This document shows positions 1 through 11,010 of a DNA stretch of 64,000 nt, one piece after another. Source of the stretch: a virus (lineage: Duplodnaviria; Caudoviricetes); IMG/VR virus record IMGVR_UViG_2615840593_000003, positions 90,765 to 154,764 of that record; one strand, 5' to 3'. The translations under genes were made by a program, and so were the position numbers. Position 1 is the first letter of the stretch, and every line of letters begins with the position of its first letter. Below the pieces are notes generated by a model. That model worked only from the letters and a program-made list of their open reading frames with translations, made no database searches and was not told where the DNA came from.

Positions 1-197
1 TCAAATATGAATGAAATGATATTCTTTATTATTCTACACGTTTCGACAATATTTCTTACCATTTAATAGAAAATAGTAGATGATTATTATTTTTTATTTT
101 ATTATTTAAATTTATTTTGTAACTTCACTAGCTGTTTGACTAGTTTCGTATTATTATATAAGTAGACACAAATTAAATAATAAAATACATAAAGATG

Positions 198-225
198 TTG
201 ACTTTATATTTACCTATGATATTAT
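198..225 (+). promoter_or_regulatory. putative sigmaA promoter (TTGACT-16-TATTAT, extended -10 TG)
   Basis: Near-consensus hexamers upstream of RBS AAGGAG and ORF 251. Confidence 0.45.
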
Positions 226-250
226 TTAATTAAATACATAATAAAGGAGA

Positions 251-493
251 ATGATATTATTGGAAAACTATGAAACTATTAATGAAGAGGTATTTGAAAT
301 GACTAAAACTAAGGAGGATAACTTTAGTAACAGTGAGATCATGTATTACTTGGAAGAAATGATTAGTATGGGTATGGTAGAAGATTATGAATTAGAAGCA
401 TATCAGGATATTAAGCGATATGGGAAAGTTAAAAAAAGTTCCTTGAAGAAAATTAAGCGTAACATGTTTAATTTATATAATGAGAAATTTTAA
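251..493 (+). CDS. hypothetical phage protein (80 aa)
   Basis: ORF with AAAGGAG RBS. Confidence 0.7.
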   Translation: MILLENYETINEEVFEMTKTKEDNFSNSEIMYYLEEMISMGMVEDYELEAYQDIKRYGKVKKSSLKKIKRNMFNLYNEKF

Positions 494-696
494 GAAAAAT
501 ACATATGAAGTATGAATTGAAATTGTCAGGAATTAATACAGCGTTTTAGGAAATGATACTTACTATTAGAAAAGAATAAAGACTTGTTAAATCAATTGGA
601 ATTAATTAAAAATGCATACATAAGTAATATGAAGTTAAGTTTTAAAATTAATGCACTAAATACATAAAATATAATTAAATAAGGAGCAGCTGAATA

Positions 697-2445
697 ATGA
701 ATGTAAATCTATGGTTTGCAAGAGATAATCATGGTGAGATTGCAACAATTTTGAATTCAAATATTGAAAATACATATACATGTCCTATTTGTAATAGCGA
801 AGTAATTCCAAAAGCATTACAGTCAAAACAAATCACTCCGCACTTCGCACATATTGATAGAAATAAATGTACAGGCGAATCATTTGTACACTTTTGGATG
901 AAGCATGGATTTATTGAACGTGGAGATACCTTTACGATCATTTCAGATGATAAGCACACTTTCACATGCAAGGATTTTAAAACTGAGGTTACTTTTAACT
1001 TAGAATCCGGAGTGTATCGTCCTGATATTCTAGTAGAAACTGAATGTGGTAATGAAATTGTTTTTGAAATGGCTAATACTAATAAGAAGCAAGTTAAAGA
1101 TTATATTGATCGTTGGATCGAGTTAGATAAGATTATTGTTGAAGTAGATGTTCCTACTTTGACTGGTCAAAATGAAGTAAAAGAATTTAAAGCCTTGTAC
1201 TATAAAGGTAAATGTTTCAACTTTAATAAACGTGATGGTGGTTATTACAATACAATAGGTAAGTTGAAAGAGGAAATGATTAGAAGTAACAAGTACGATA
1301 TTGAAAAGGTTAAGAAGTTGGACTGGTTTTGGGACACTGTAATAGATTATCGAACAGGAAAATTAAATATCATTGATTTAACAACTTGTATCGATGAAAT
1401 ACTATCTAATGATACTGAATCTGAATTAAGAGAGCTTTCTAGAGAATTTCTAATAAGTAAAAAGTGTTCTAATATATTCACTGACTACCTTAAATATAAA
1501 GCTTCAAAAATAAAAGAAGAAGTTATGAATGGCGTAGTTATCCCTGGGTATATGAGAGATTTTATAGAAGTGACTGAAAATGCTTATTTTAATAAGTATA
1601 ATCAAAGCTATTCAGTGGCAGTAAAAGATAACTACAATTTCTTTAATGAAACATTTTATAAATATGAGGTGAATTCTGCTAGAGAAAAACTAATAAAAGC
1701 CATTGATTCAAATATAGATAATCCTGAAATATTGTTATATAGAAAAATACAAATAAATAAAGATTTGATTCAAAATGCTATTGAACAAGCTAAAATTGAA
1801 ATAAACAATGATAAGGTAGAATTAAGTTTAAGTGAATCATTATCTAAATTTAATCTAAACAGAATTATTATGAAATACAAAGGTTGTTATATACAACAGT
1901 ATATAGAGATTACAGAAGATGTAGCTGAAAGCAGTGATTTAAATTATATAGTTAGTTTTATTATTAACCAATTCAAAAAGTATGAATGTTTATTAAAGGA
2001 TAGTAATGATTATGAATATATTGAAAAAATTCTGAGTTTGAATTTTAGAGTAAGTGATAGTTATATTGTATCCAATAAGATAACTCCTAATCTATTCAAT
2101 ATACACAGTATTAATTCTAAGGCACGTATAGATCTATTAATTTATGATGGAAATGTGTACCTAGATAAGAAACCAAATGAATACTCTTATAGTAATTTTG
2201 AAAAACAATTAAGTAGAATGGATTTACATAATCCGATAATTCGTAAAGTTGAATGTGAGAACCTAACGGATAAAATAAAGAGTTACATAGAATATAAATT
2301 GCACCACTTCAAAATGTGTAAGGACTGTTATATGGAGTTTGAAATATGTGAAAGTGAAATGGATTTCTTTAATAAGAACGGACTTCAATTACCGAAGAGA
2401 TGTAAGTCATGTCGCAATAAACGTAAACTAGGAGGAGTAAAATGA
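697..2445 (+). CDS. CoiA-like PD-(D/E)XK nuclease with N- and C-terminal zinc ribbons
   Basis: YTCPIC..PHFAH..ESFVH, YRPDI..FEMA core; C-terminal CKDC..PKRCKSCR; AAGGAG RBS; overlaps yonO start. Confidence 0.6.
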   Translation: MNVNLWFARDNHGEIATILNSNIENTYTCPICNSEVIPKALQSKQITPHFAHIDRNKCTGESFVHFWMKHGFIERGDTFTIISDDKHTFTCKDFKTEVTFNLESGVYRPDILVETECGNEIVFEMANTNKKQVKDYIDRWIELDKIIVEVDVPTLTGQNEVKEFKALYYKGKCFNFNKRDGGYYNTIGKLKEEMIRSNKYDIEKVKKLDWFWDTVIDYRTGKLNIIDLTTCIDEILSNDTESELRELSREFLISKKCSNIFTDYLKYKASKIKEEVMNGVVIPGYMRDFIEVTENAYFNKYNQSYSVAVKDNYNFFNETFYKYEVNSAREKLIKAIDSNIDNPEILLYRKIQINKDLIQNAIEQAKIEINNDKVELSLSESLSKFNLNRIIMKYKGCYIQQYIEITEDVAESSDLNYIVSFIINQFKKYECLLKDSNDYEYIEKILSLNFRVSDSYIVSNKITPNLFNIHSINSKARIDLLIYDGNVYLDKKPNEYSYSNFEKQLSRMDLHNPIIRKVECENLTDKIKSYIEYKLHHFKMCKDCYMEFEICESEMDFFNKNGLQLPKRCKSCRNKRKLGGVK

Positions 2446-5195
2446 TTAAACTGCAACAATATTATGTTTTCAAACTAACTACCTCTAGACTTGCAGAATT
2501 TGATTATGATATTAAAGATTTAACTGTCTCCCATGCTAGATTAAATGGAGAGCTAGTACAGATCGGTGATAACCAAGTGTTTAGGATGATTCGCAAGATA
2601 AAAAATACTAAAACAGAATTTGAATCATTAAATTTAGCAATCAATGAGCGTAACGATCTTAAGAAGTTAGATTCAAATGATGAAAACTCTATAAAAATAG
2701 CACAGAAACAAAAAAACATAGATGACATCTTATTTGTTCCAGACATTATCAATATTAAAGTTGATGATAAAAAAGTTTATAAAAAGATATTCAAAGAAGG
2801 ATTCACTGTAAATGGTATCACTTTTAAACGTTTTTGTAGTGGTGCAGGACAATCGAGACAATCTGTAGCGTCATTCTGTAATATTGACATTATAGAAGAA
2901 TTAACAAGACGCTTGAATTGTGGATTAAGCATTAAAGAAATTAACGTTGCAAAGTATAATGCTTACTTCGGGTTATATATGTCTGCTACATACCCTGTTC
3001 GAACTCCCAATGTATGCGTCATTCCTGATTATGAGGACGAAGAGTTAGTTAAAAAGGTTGATTGGATTGATGATGTAGAAATTGACGGTAAAGATAAGCG
3101 TATTGTGTATGAGAAAGATGATTTTATATTTAAGCCTAATATGTGGGATGGACAAGGATTGGTTTCCCCTACTTTTGCAGAAAAATGGCAAGAGGATTTA
3201 AAACTTGAATATCTCCCTTCTCAATTTGTAGTTCGTAGTAGCTTCGTTAAAGGTGCGTTAGCTGTTTTCGATTTTCATAAGTTTGCACAGGAAGAAGCTA
3301 AAACAAATAAAATTAAAGATATTTATGGAGATGAGTGGGATATTGATGATATAGATGTAATACTCTCTGCCTCTCAGTTCAAAATGAATAAATTTTACTC
3401 GTCATGGGAGCAGTTTTTACAACTTCAAGAACATCATGGTTTAACTTGGGGAGTTACTAAGGTCAATCCTAAAGCAGATAATGAAGTTAGTTTGCTGAAT
3501 TACCAATACATGCAATCATTAAATCTAGATAAAGAAAAAATTCAACAGCTTATCTCCCCTACTGTTGATTGGATTGAAAAGATTTGCCGAGGAGATAAAC
3601 TTTACACTTTGTTATTCTTACTAGGATCGTCTAATAAAACAGATACAATTGAAGCCATTTTTAATAAAACAAATAATAACTATGTAAAAGCTATCTTATA
3701 TAATGACAAATTACTGAATGATCCTTTTATAAAGAAGAAAATTTATGACAATATCTCAACGAAAATCGATGAAGCTAAGATTGGTCGCATTTGGGTGAAT
3801 GGGAACTATCAATTCATGATTAGTGACCCTTATGCACAAGCTCAATTTGCATTTGGAATGAAAGTTACTGGTCTACTGAATGAATTTGAACATTATTCAC
3901 ATTTCTGGAACGAACTCGAAGTTAATAAAGTAGATGCCTTGCGTAGCCCATTAGTTGATTTCCATGAGCATAATATGTTGAATCTAGTTGACAATGAAAA
4001 AGTAAATGAATGGTTTAAATATCAACCATCAGGAATAATTTATAATGTGTGGGGTGTTGACACAATACGTCACTCGGATTCTGATTATGATGGGGATATC
4101 GTTTTTACTACAAATAACGAAATTGTGATGGATAATATTGTACCGAATTTAAATGTCATTACTTATGATAAAGCAAGTGCAAAACCACAAAGATTAAATC
4201 CGACTAATATTCTGGCAACAGATTTACGTAGCTTTAACTCAAAGATAGGTACAATCACTAACTACTCTACTACTTTTATCTCTATGCTTGCTAATTTTAA
4301 AGAGAATTCAGATGAATATAAAGAAATACTGAATCGCATTAAATTGCTACGTCGTTATATTGGTGATTCAATAGATCAAGCAAAAGGAATTAAAACTAAG
4401 CCATTCCCTACTGAATGGAAAAAACGTAAATTCGTTGATAAGGATGATAGCGATGAGGTTAAGCAACAAAAATATTATCACAACAGATTGGTTGCTAATA
4501 AGAAACCTTACTTTATGATCTATATTTATGAAAAATTAAGAACTGAATATAGAGAACATCGGAGTAAAACTGATCGCACATGTAAAGAGAAATTTGGTTG
4601 TAATCTACATCAGCTAATGAACAAGCAAGATAAAACCAAAGATGAATCATATTATCTATATAGTTACTATCGTGACATGCCTGTGATTAAGAATGATTCT
4701 GTGATGAATATGCTGTGCAAAATGATCGAAGAAATTGACTTCAATTATAAACGAGTTAAAAATGATGAAAATGTAAATGAAATATTTGATATTCTTTATG
4801 ATTACGAAATTGGTATTGATGAAGAAAGATTGGAAAAATTAATTAAATTACGTTCAAAATTCAATAATAAGCGCAACTTCAAATTCAAATCTAATGCTAT
4901 TGAGAACGTTTCAGAAAATAATTCAGATGAATTAATTAATGAATTTTATAATGAAATACGTACTGAAGCATATGAAATTTGCTCAAATATGAAAGAACTA
5001 GCAAATCATTTAATTTACATAACTTATAAGCTATACCCTAAAGACTCTAAAAATTTCGCATGGCATATTGCAACTGAAGGCATTTTAGAAATACTTGAAT
5101 CCAAATCAGACATGAATATCGAATTACCAATGAAAGATAAAGAAGGAGTTGAGTATTTAGGTAATAGATATTCGTTAAGGAGTGTTGTTGTTTGA
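2442..5195 (+). CDS. yonO: YonO-like single-subunit DNA-dependent RNA polymerase (RdRP-fold)
   Basis: 917 aa; DGQG, RSP and catalytic DSDYDGD (DxDGD) motifs, IDQAK; SPbeta-like position upstream of HU/YonK. Confidence 0.9.
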   Translation: MIKLQQYYVFKLTTSRLAEFDYDIKDLTVSHARLNGELVQIGDNQVFRMIRKIKNTKTEFESLNLAINERNDLKKLDSNDENSIKIAQKQKNIDDILFVPDIINIKVDDKKVYKKIFKEGFTVNGITFKRFCSGAGQSRQSVASFCNIDIIEELTRRLNCGLSIKEINVAKYNAYFGLYMSATYPVRTPNVCVIPDYEDEELVKKVDWIDDVEIDGKDKRIVYEKDDFIFKPNMWDGQGLVSPTFAEKWQEDLKLEYLPSQFVVRSSFVKGALAVFDFHKFAQEEAKTNKIKDIYGDEWDIDDIDVILSASQFKMNKFYSSWEQFLQLQEHHGLTWGVTKVNPKADNEVSLLNYQYMQSLNLDKEKIQQLISPTVDWIEKICRGDKLYTLLFLLGSSNKTDTIEAIFNKTNNNYVKAILYNDKLLNDPFIKKKIYDNISTKIDEAKIGRIWVNGNYQFMISDPYAQAQFAFGMKVTGLLNEFEHYSHFWNELEVNKVDALRSPLVDFHEHNMLNLVDNEKVNEWFKYQPSGIIYNVWGVDTIRHSDSDYDGDIVFTTNNEIVMDNIVPNLNVITYDKASAKPQRLNPTNILATDLRSFNSKIGTITNYSTTFISMLANFKENSDEYKEILNRIKLLRRYIGDSIDQAKGIKTKPFPTEWKKRKFVDKDDSDEVKQQKYYHNRLVANKKPYFMIYIYEKLRTEYREHRSKTDRTCKEKFGCNLHQLMNKQDKTKDESYYLYSYYRDMPVIKNDSVMNMLCKMIEEIDFNYKRVKNDENVNEIFDILYDYEIGIDEERLEKLIKLRSKFNNKRNFKFKSNAIENVSENNSDELINEFYNEIRTEAYEICSNMKELANHLIYITYKLYPKDSKNFAWHIATEGILEILESKSDMNIELPMKDKEGVEYLGNRYSLRSVVV

Positions 5196-5950
5196 TTATT
5201 TTTGATGAAAAGAGATACGCTGAAGCATTGCTTAAAAATGGTTTTGCGACAAAGAATAAAAATGTGTATGAGTTAAATATTCTAGCAAAGTATCTATTTT
5301 ACAAAGGCTTTAAAGAAGATATTGTGAAGCAAAGATTGATTAAATTCTGTGAAAAACACCTCGAACACTTCAATATTGATGAATGGTATAAAGTGATTAA
5401 CACCACTGTATCTTATGCTAAGAATGGAAATTTGAAGACTGATAAAGAAGTCAATATTACTGAAAAAGAATTAGAAATAATAAAAGATTTAGATACTTTA
5501 CGTGAGCAAAAATTAACCTTTGTCATGTTAGTGCTGTACAAATTTTATAATTATAACAAATTCACAGTAAGTCTAGAAGATTTATTTACTTTGAGTGAAC
5601 TTACAACGATAAATTCTAAAACAAGACTACAGTTGTTACATAAGCTTACATCTAAAGGTTTAATTGATATTAATATGAAAGGAAGAAGATGGGTTAAATT
5701 CGCTGAAAAGAAAAGTGACCCAATGATTACCATAAAAACTTTTGAAAATTTCATATGGGAGTACTTATTTTATATTGGTGAAGGTAAGTATAAAAGATGC
5801 GAAGAGTGCAATTTGAATTTAGTTAAGATGAATATTCACAATCATTCATATTGTGAATATTGCCGAATAGAAATTAAAAAAATAAGAGATAGACTTTATC
5901 AAAAAGAACGATATAATTCTCGTAAAGCAAGTAAACATTCAAAGCCTTGA
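5192..5950 (+). CDS. hypothetical DNA-binding protein (wHTH-like, C-terminal CxxC..CxxC)
   Basis: Overlaps yonO stop; LLHKLTSKGLIDI helix; CEEC..YCEYC. Confidence 0.6.
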   Translation: MIIFDEKRYAEALLKNGFATKNKNVYELNILAKYLFYKGFKEDIVKQRLIKFCEKHLEHFNIDEWYKVINTTVSYAKNGNLKTDKEVNITEKELEIIKDLDTLREQKLTFVMLVLYKFYNYNKFTVSLEDLFTLSELTTINSKTRLQLLHKLTSKGLIDINMKGRRWVKFAEKKSDPMITIKTFENFIWEYLFYIGEGKYKRCEECNLNLVKMNIHNHSYCEYCRIEIKKIRDRLYQKERYNSRKASKHSKP

Positions 5951-6083
5951 TAATATTGGTTTTTGTTGGTAATGAGTCTGAATACATATATGATAGAAAG
6001 AATAATAAAGACTATTTAACAAATTTTTTAATCTAATAAATACATAAACTAACTTTAAGTGGAGAAAAGGAGAAAATTAAATT

Positions 6084-6434
6084 ATGACAGTAAAAATTAA
6101 CACTCAAGAATTAGGTAAAGATTTACAAGAAATTTTAGAAACAAAAGGAATCGTTATTAAAGCTAAAGAAGGTAAAGAAATTGTAGATGAATTTGTAGAT
6201 GCAATTTTCGAACGAGTAAACAAAGGCGAAACTGTAAAATTAGGAGCATATGCTGACTTAGTTCCTAAAACTCGATCAGCTCGTAAAGGTCATAACCCTA
6301 AATTGCTTAAAGATTTAAAAGATCAAGGTGTACCAGAAGTAGAAGCTAAAAAACAAGCTGAAATTGACATTGCTGAAAAACGTGCTGTAGGTTTAAAATC
6401 TCATAAGAAATTAAATGACTTATTAGAAGGTTAA
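6084..6434 (+). CDS. hup: HU family histone-like DNA-binding protein (YonN-like)
   Basis: GETVKLG..RSARKGHNP..IDI HU signature; strong RBS. Confidence 0.85.
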   Translation: MTVKINTQELGKDLQEILETKGIVIKAKEGKEIVDEFVDAIFERVNKGETVKLGAYADLVPKTRSARKGHNPKLLKDLKDQGVPEVEAKKQAEIDIAEKRAVGLKSHKKLNDLLEG

Positions 6435-6531
6435 TTTTAATACATAGCGAATTAATACAGACGTTTTAAATACAAAATGGAGTTAGTGGTAGGGTTATCC
6501 CCTACTCTTCTCTATTAATTAAATTTTAATT

Positions 6532-6596
6532 AAATAATCCTATCTGTAAAATCAGAACAATTAGTTCCTTAAAATTTTGCAGATAGGATTATTTTT
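6532..6596 (+). terminator. long hairpin / intrinsic terminator after HU
   Basis: AAATAATCCTATCTGTAAAAT pairs with ATTTTGCAGATAGGATTATTT, followed by T tract. Confidence 0.7.
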
Positions 6597-6631
6597 GTAC
6601 TTTTACTATACGGAGAAAAGGATGATGAAAT

Positions 6632-6829
6632 ATGGCTAAAATAAAAAAGAACTATGAATATAAAAACGCAGAAGTGAATTTAGAAGAAGGTTTGATCTAT
6701 GAATATGGTAAAACTGATGATGATTTAAAAACTCATTCATTAAATGAAGTTTTAAAAGAATTGGCTTCTTGTGGGCGTACTGATTTTTCTGTTAATACAA
6801 CTACTACTCCTACACCAATTGAAGAGTAA
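6632..6829 (+). CDS. yonK: YonK family protein
   Basis: 65 aa, LEEGLIYEY..HSLNEVLKE pattern; synteny with SPbeta. Confidence 0.7.
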   Translation: MAKIKKNYEYKNAEVNLEEGLIYEYGKTDDDLKTHSLNEVLKELASCGRTDFSVNTTTTPTPIEE

Positions 6830-6840
6830 GGAGTGATTGA

Positions 6841-8058
6841 ATGACTTCTTATGATTTAAAACGTAAAAATACAGAATCACTCGACGATTACCACGTGCGT
6901 TTATTTGAAGATATACCAATACATGAATTAGGTTCGGATGAATTGGCTGAAATACTTAATAAAGAGTATGGTGTTAACTATTCTGAATCTAAATGGCGCA
7001 AGGATTATGCTCAATATGCAAAATGGAAAGATTATATCCTATCCAAACATGTAGATGATTCAGAATTAGATAAGCTTACCGTTAAAAAGCTAGAATTACA
7101 AAAAGAACGCAATAAATTGTCTTCAGAGAAAAATGAGTTGAATAAATGGATACGTGAACAAGCTCGTGCTGAGAACGTGTATGAGAAAATTGAACAAGCA
7201 ATTACAAACCTCTCCACTATTCAAGTACCTGAGATTCAAATCAAAGAATACAACAGTAAACGTACAGCTATTATTGATATTGCCGATGCTCATGTAGGTA
7301 GTCAATGGAAGATTACAGGATTTAATAATGAAGTTATTTCAGAATACAGTATAGAAATATTTAAACGTCGTATGTGGGAACTGTTAGAAAGTACAATTGC
7401 AATTATTGATAAAGAAAAATTGACTAACGTTACCGTATTAAACTTATCAGATTCGATTGACGGATTAATACATATGAATCAATTGCAGTATCAGCAATTA
7501 GGGGTAGCAGATCAAGTAATGTTCTTTGCTGAATTTATGAGTGAATGGCTAAACGCCTTGTCTGAATACGTGACAATTGAATATCGTTCAGTGTTAGGAA
7601 ATCACTCTGAAAATAGATATTTAAATAGTTCTCGTGGAGAACTTCCTCAAGAAAATATGGAACGTTTAATGGTATGGTATTTGAAGACAAGATTGCATGA
7701 AAATAAAAGAATTACAGTACATGATGCTAATAATATCATCTACTTTGACGTTTTAGGCACTAAATTACTTTGTACACATGGTCAAGATGAGAAAAATTTA
7801 GAGTCATCAATTAAAGATTATATGATGATTTATGATGTGAAAGTGCATATGTTGAAGACTGGACATCTACATCATTTACATAATAAAGTAATTGGTGTGG
7901 ACGGATTACAGAATATTGAACATGTACAATCCCCTGCTATCTGTGGATTTAATTCATATAGTCTAAAACTTAAAAAGACAGCTAATGCAGGTACACTAAT
8001 TACCATTTTTGAAGAAGGTTACGGTAAAAGTAATACATATGATATTCGATTTAAATAG
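6841..8058 (+). CDS. calcineurin-like metallophosphoesterase with N-terminal HTH/coiled coil (YonJ-like)
   Basis: DAH, D, GNH, THG, GHLH metallophosphoesterase motifs. Confidence 0.8.
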   Translation: MTSYDLKRKNTESLDDYHVRLFEDIPIHELGSDELAEILNKEYGVNYSESKWRKDYAQYAKWKDYILSKHVDDSELDKLTVKKLELQKERNKLSSEKNELNKWIREQARAENVYEKIEQAITNLSTIQVPEIQIKEYNSKRTAIIDIADAHVGSQWKITGFNNEVISEYSIEIFKRRMWELLESTIAIIDKEKLTNVTVLNLSDSIDGLIHMNQLQYQQLGVADQVMFFAEFMSEWLNALSEYVTIEYRSVLGNHSENRYLNSSRGELPQENMERLMVWYLKTRLHENKRITVHDANNIIYFDVLGTKLLCTHGQDEKNLESSIKDYMMIYDVKVHMLKTGHLHHLHNKVIGVDGLQNIEHVQSPAICGFNSYSLKLKKTANAGTLITIFEEGYGKSNTYDIRFK

Positions 8059-8067
8059 GTGGTACAT

Positions 8068-8160
8068 ATGAAAAGTTTAATATTTGAAATTAAATTTACT
8101 GCTTTTGTATACATACAGCAATTTAAAAATTTATTAAAACGGTTATTTTATTTAAATTAA
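8068..8160 (+). CDS. small ORF (30 aa, MKSLIFEIKFTAFVYIQQFKNLLKRLFYLN)
   Basis: AGGTGG RBS; fills the intergenic gap; below ORF-track cutoff. Confidence 0.4.
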   Translation: MKSLIFEIKFTAFVYIQQFKNLLKRLFYLN

Positions 8161-8213
8161 TACATAATTATACTTACATTTAAGGTAAGTTATTGGAATG
8201 AGGTGAATTATAT

Positions 8214-9215
8214 TTGTCTACTATTCTAGATAAGGATAAATATAAAAACTGTTCCATGTGTGGAGATAATAAACGGCTCACTGACTATTATAAATCGTAT
8301 AGCCCTATGGATAAAATTGATGAGCGTTTGCGTGTTTGTAAGAAATGCTTAAAAGATAATACAGACAATAATAATATTGACAGTGTAAAGAATACTCTTA
8401 GACAAGTAGATAAGCCATATAACATGCATTTATGGGAGTCTGCTTTAACAAAACCAGACGTTATTGGTGAGTATTTTAAGCTTATCAATGCTAAAGATTA
8501 TAGGCATGATACATGGGAACAGAGCATTTTCGAAGAAGATTCATTGGTAAATGACAATAATTTAAATATCTCCATAGAAACGAAAAATACATTCATGAAA
8601 TCCAAGTTCATTTTAACAGATGAAATAATGGATAAATGGGGATACGGTTACACTGAAGAAGAATATCAAAATTTCGAAAAAAAATATGATAAATTAATTC
8701 GAAATTACGGTGAGAAAACAGCACTACATACTGAAGGTTTACTTATCTATATTAGATTTCGTGTTAAAGAAGAAATGGCAACAGCTAAAGGTGACGTTAA
8801 AGAAGCTAAAGAATGGGGTCAATTGGCTCAAAAACAAGCTCTCGACGCTAAAATAAACGTTTCTCAATTGAGTAAAAGTGATATCAGTGGCGGAGTCGAT
8901 GTTCTTTCACAATTATTTGAAGCAGTAGAAACTGAAGTCGGGGTAATACCACTTCTCCCTAAGATCACTGAACAACCTTATGATGATGCAGATTTAATCA
9001 TTTGGTCTATTATCAATTATTATCGAAGACTAGAAGACAAGCCAAAAGTTGCTTATAAAAATATTTATGATTTTTATGATGAAATGCTTTCAGAGCATTT
9101 TGCTACTCATGGATATACGGATATTGAAATAGAAGAATTCAAAGCAAAAAGAAATAATGTCTTTCGGGATTTAGAGAACGTTTACAAAGAGCCATTATAT
9201 GAAGGTGATGAATAA
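8214..9215 (+). CDS. zinc-finger protein, probable terminase small subunit
   Basis: CSMC..VCKKC; directly upstream of and overlapping terL. Confidence 0.55.
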   Translation: MSTILDKDKYKNCSMCGDNKRLTDYYKSYSPMDKIDERLRVCKKCLKDNTDNNNIDSVKNTLRQVDKPYNMHLWESALTKPDVIGEYFKLINAKDYRHDTWEQSIFEEDSLVNDNNLNISIETKNTFMKSKFILTDEIMDKWGYGYTEEEYQNFEKKYDKLIRNYGEKTALHTEGLLIYIRFRVKEEMATAKGDVKEAKEWGQLAQKQALDAKINVSQLSKSDISGGVDVLSQLFEAVETEVGVIPLLPKITEQPYDDADLIIWSIINYYRRLEDKPKVAYKNIYDFYDEMLSEHFATHGYTDIEIEEFKAKRNNVFRDLENVYKEPLYEGDE

Positions 9216-10978
9216 TGGTAAGCCACAAAAATTTTACTTCTAAAAATAAAAAACATTCTAATGATAGGAATAATATCTATGAATCAGCATTTAATTCTCC
9301 TGTAAATCCTACTGATAATACTAATTTAATAACTAGAAACATCAGTAAATGGACTGAGTTTTGTGCATTTATTAGGTTTTACCCCGACATTTTTTACGAT
9401 ATGTTGAAGCCTGATACAGGTGGAATTGAATTAGATCTATATCAACGTGTCATGATGAGAACTTTAAGTAGATTTCAAGAAAATTATTTTTGTATACCTC
9501 GTGGAGGCAGTAAAACGCTGACTCAAATTATGGTAGCATATCATACTGCTATATGTTTTCCTAACATTACATTAGCGATTACAGCGAGTACAAAAGAATC
9601 TGCTGTTAAAATATGGAAGGAAAAACACGACGAAATACTAAGATTTTACCCTTCAATTAAAGACGAAATTAGAACAGAGAACTTTTCCAAAGATAGTGGT
9701 CGAGTTATATTTCAAAATGGCGCAATAATTGATAACTTAGCTAATGCTCAATCTTCAAAAGGTTTGCGTAGACGTAGAGGTAGTTTAGAAGAAAGTGCAT
9801 TAATTGATAAAGATTTATATGAAGATGCAATTGAGCCAATTTTCAACGTACCTAGAACCACTATGACAGGAGATACTGACCCTACTGAATTGAATGGACA
9901 GATTAATAGATTTTCTACATCTGGATATAAAAATAGCGATGAGTACGAAAAGATTCTGAAAATGGTAAAAGATACAGGTGACTTAAAAGGCACATTTGTA
10001 TTTGGTTCTGATTGGCGTATCCCTATTCATTTTGGTAGACAAAAGATGTCCACAATCAATAAAGCTAGACAAGGTAATGTAACACGATTCCGACAAAATT
10101 ATTTGTGCGATTGGATCGGTGCGTCGTCAGGAGCGTTAATCAACATAAGTAAGCTAATTAAAGCCAGAACATTAACTATGCCTGAATTAGAGTGTCCTAA
10201 AGATAAGAAAGGTAATTTAGCGTTAGTCGAGTATGTACTATCAGTAGATGTAGCCCGTTCATCGTCAGATTCAAACAATAAGAGTGCAATTGTAGTCTTG
10301 AAAATAATTAGAAATGCGAATGGTATTATTAGACAAATTCACATAGTTAATATAATTACTCCACCTAATGGATTAAATTACAAGGAGCAAGCAACGATTG
10401 TGAAACAGACTTTTTATAAGTATGGTGGAAATTTAGACTTGAATAAATCAAGAGTTAAAGCCGTAGTCATAGACGCAAACTCGATTGGTCAAGGTTTAGT
10501 TGAGGCTTTATTAGAGGATACTACTGATCCAGAGACAAATGAAGAATTGGGATGTTGGGCTACTATCAATACAGAAGATAAATCAGATGTTCCTAATTCA
10601 CCAGAAATAGTGTATGCATTAAAATCACAAGGTATAAATGGTGCGATCATTAGAACATTTATTGATAATGTAGAATCAAATAGACTTAAATTAGTGAAGC
10701 AGTTCAGTGATATTAAGGAACATTTAACTAAGGAAGATGACGAAAATGAAGTAGAAGTTACTTCTACTCAAACTCAATTGTTTATTGATGAAGTGGCTAA
10801 TCTAAGATTAAAAGAAACACAAACAACGATAACTGTGGAGCAAGTTGTGAAAAGGATTGATAAAGACCGCTATTCAGCTACAGCTTACGGTTTATACTAT
10901 ATTAGCTTATTCTTGGAAAAAGAAGAAGATAACGAAAGCTTTGAAGACTACCTTTTCTTTATGCAATCAGGTTTTTAA
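9215..10978 (+). CDS. terL: terminase large subunit
   Basis: Walker A PRGGSKT, GLRR..EES Walker B, RNaseH-like SVDVAR and KDRYSA. Confidence 0.9.
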   Translation: MVSHKNFTSKNKKHSNDRNNIYESAFNSPVNPTDNTNLITRNISKWTEFCAFIRFYPDIFYDMLKPDTGGIELDLYQRVMMRTLSRFQENYFCIPRGGSKTLTQIMVAYHTAICFPNITLAITASTKESAVKIWKEKHDEILRFYPSIKDEIRTENFSKDSGRVIFQNGAIIDNLANAQSSKGLRRRRGSLEESALIDKDLYEDAIEPIFNVPRTTMTGDTDPTELNGQINRFSTSGYKNSDEYEKILKMVKDTGDLKGTFVFGSDWRIPIHFGRQKMSTINKARQGNVTRFRQNYLCDWIGASSGALINISKLIKARTLTMPELECPKDKKGNLALVEYVLSVDVARSSSDSNNKSAIVVLKIIRNANGIIRQIHIVNIITPPNGLNYKEQATIVKQTFYKYGGNLDLNKSRVKAVVIDANSIGQGLVEALLEDTTDPETNEELGCWATINTEDKSDVPNSPEIVYALKSQGINGAIIRTFIDNVESNRLKLVKQFSDIKEHLTKEDDENEVEVTSTQTQLFIDEVANLRLKETQTTITVEQVVKRIDKDRYSATAYGLYYISLFLEKEEDNESFEDYLFFMQSGF

Positions 10979-11010
10979 ATTATTAAATACATAAAGAAAG
11001 GAGGAATAAG

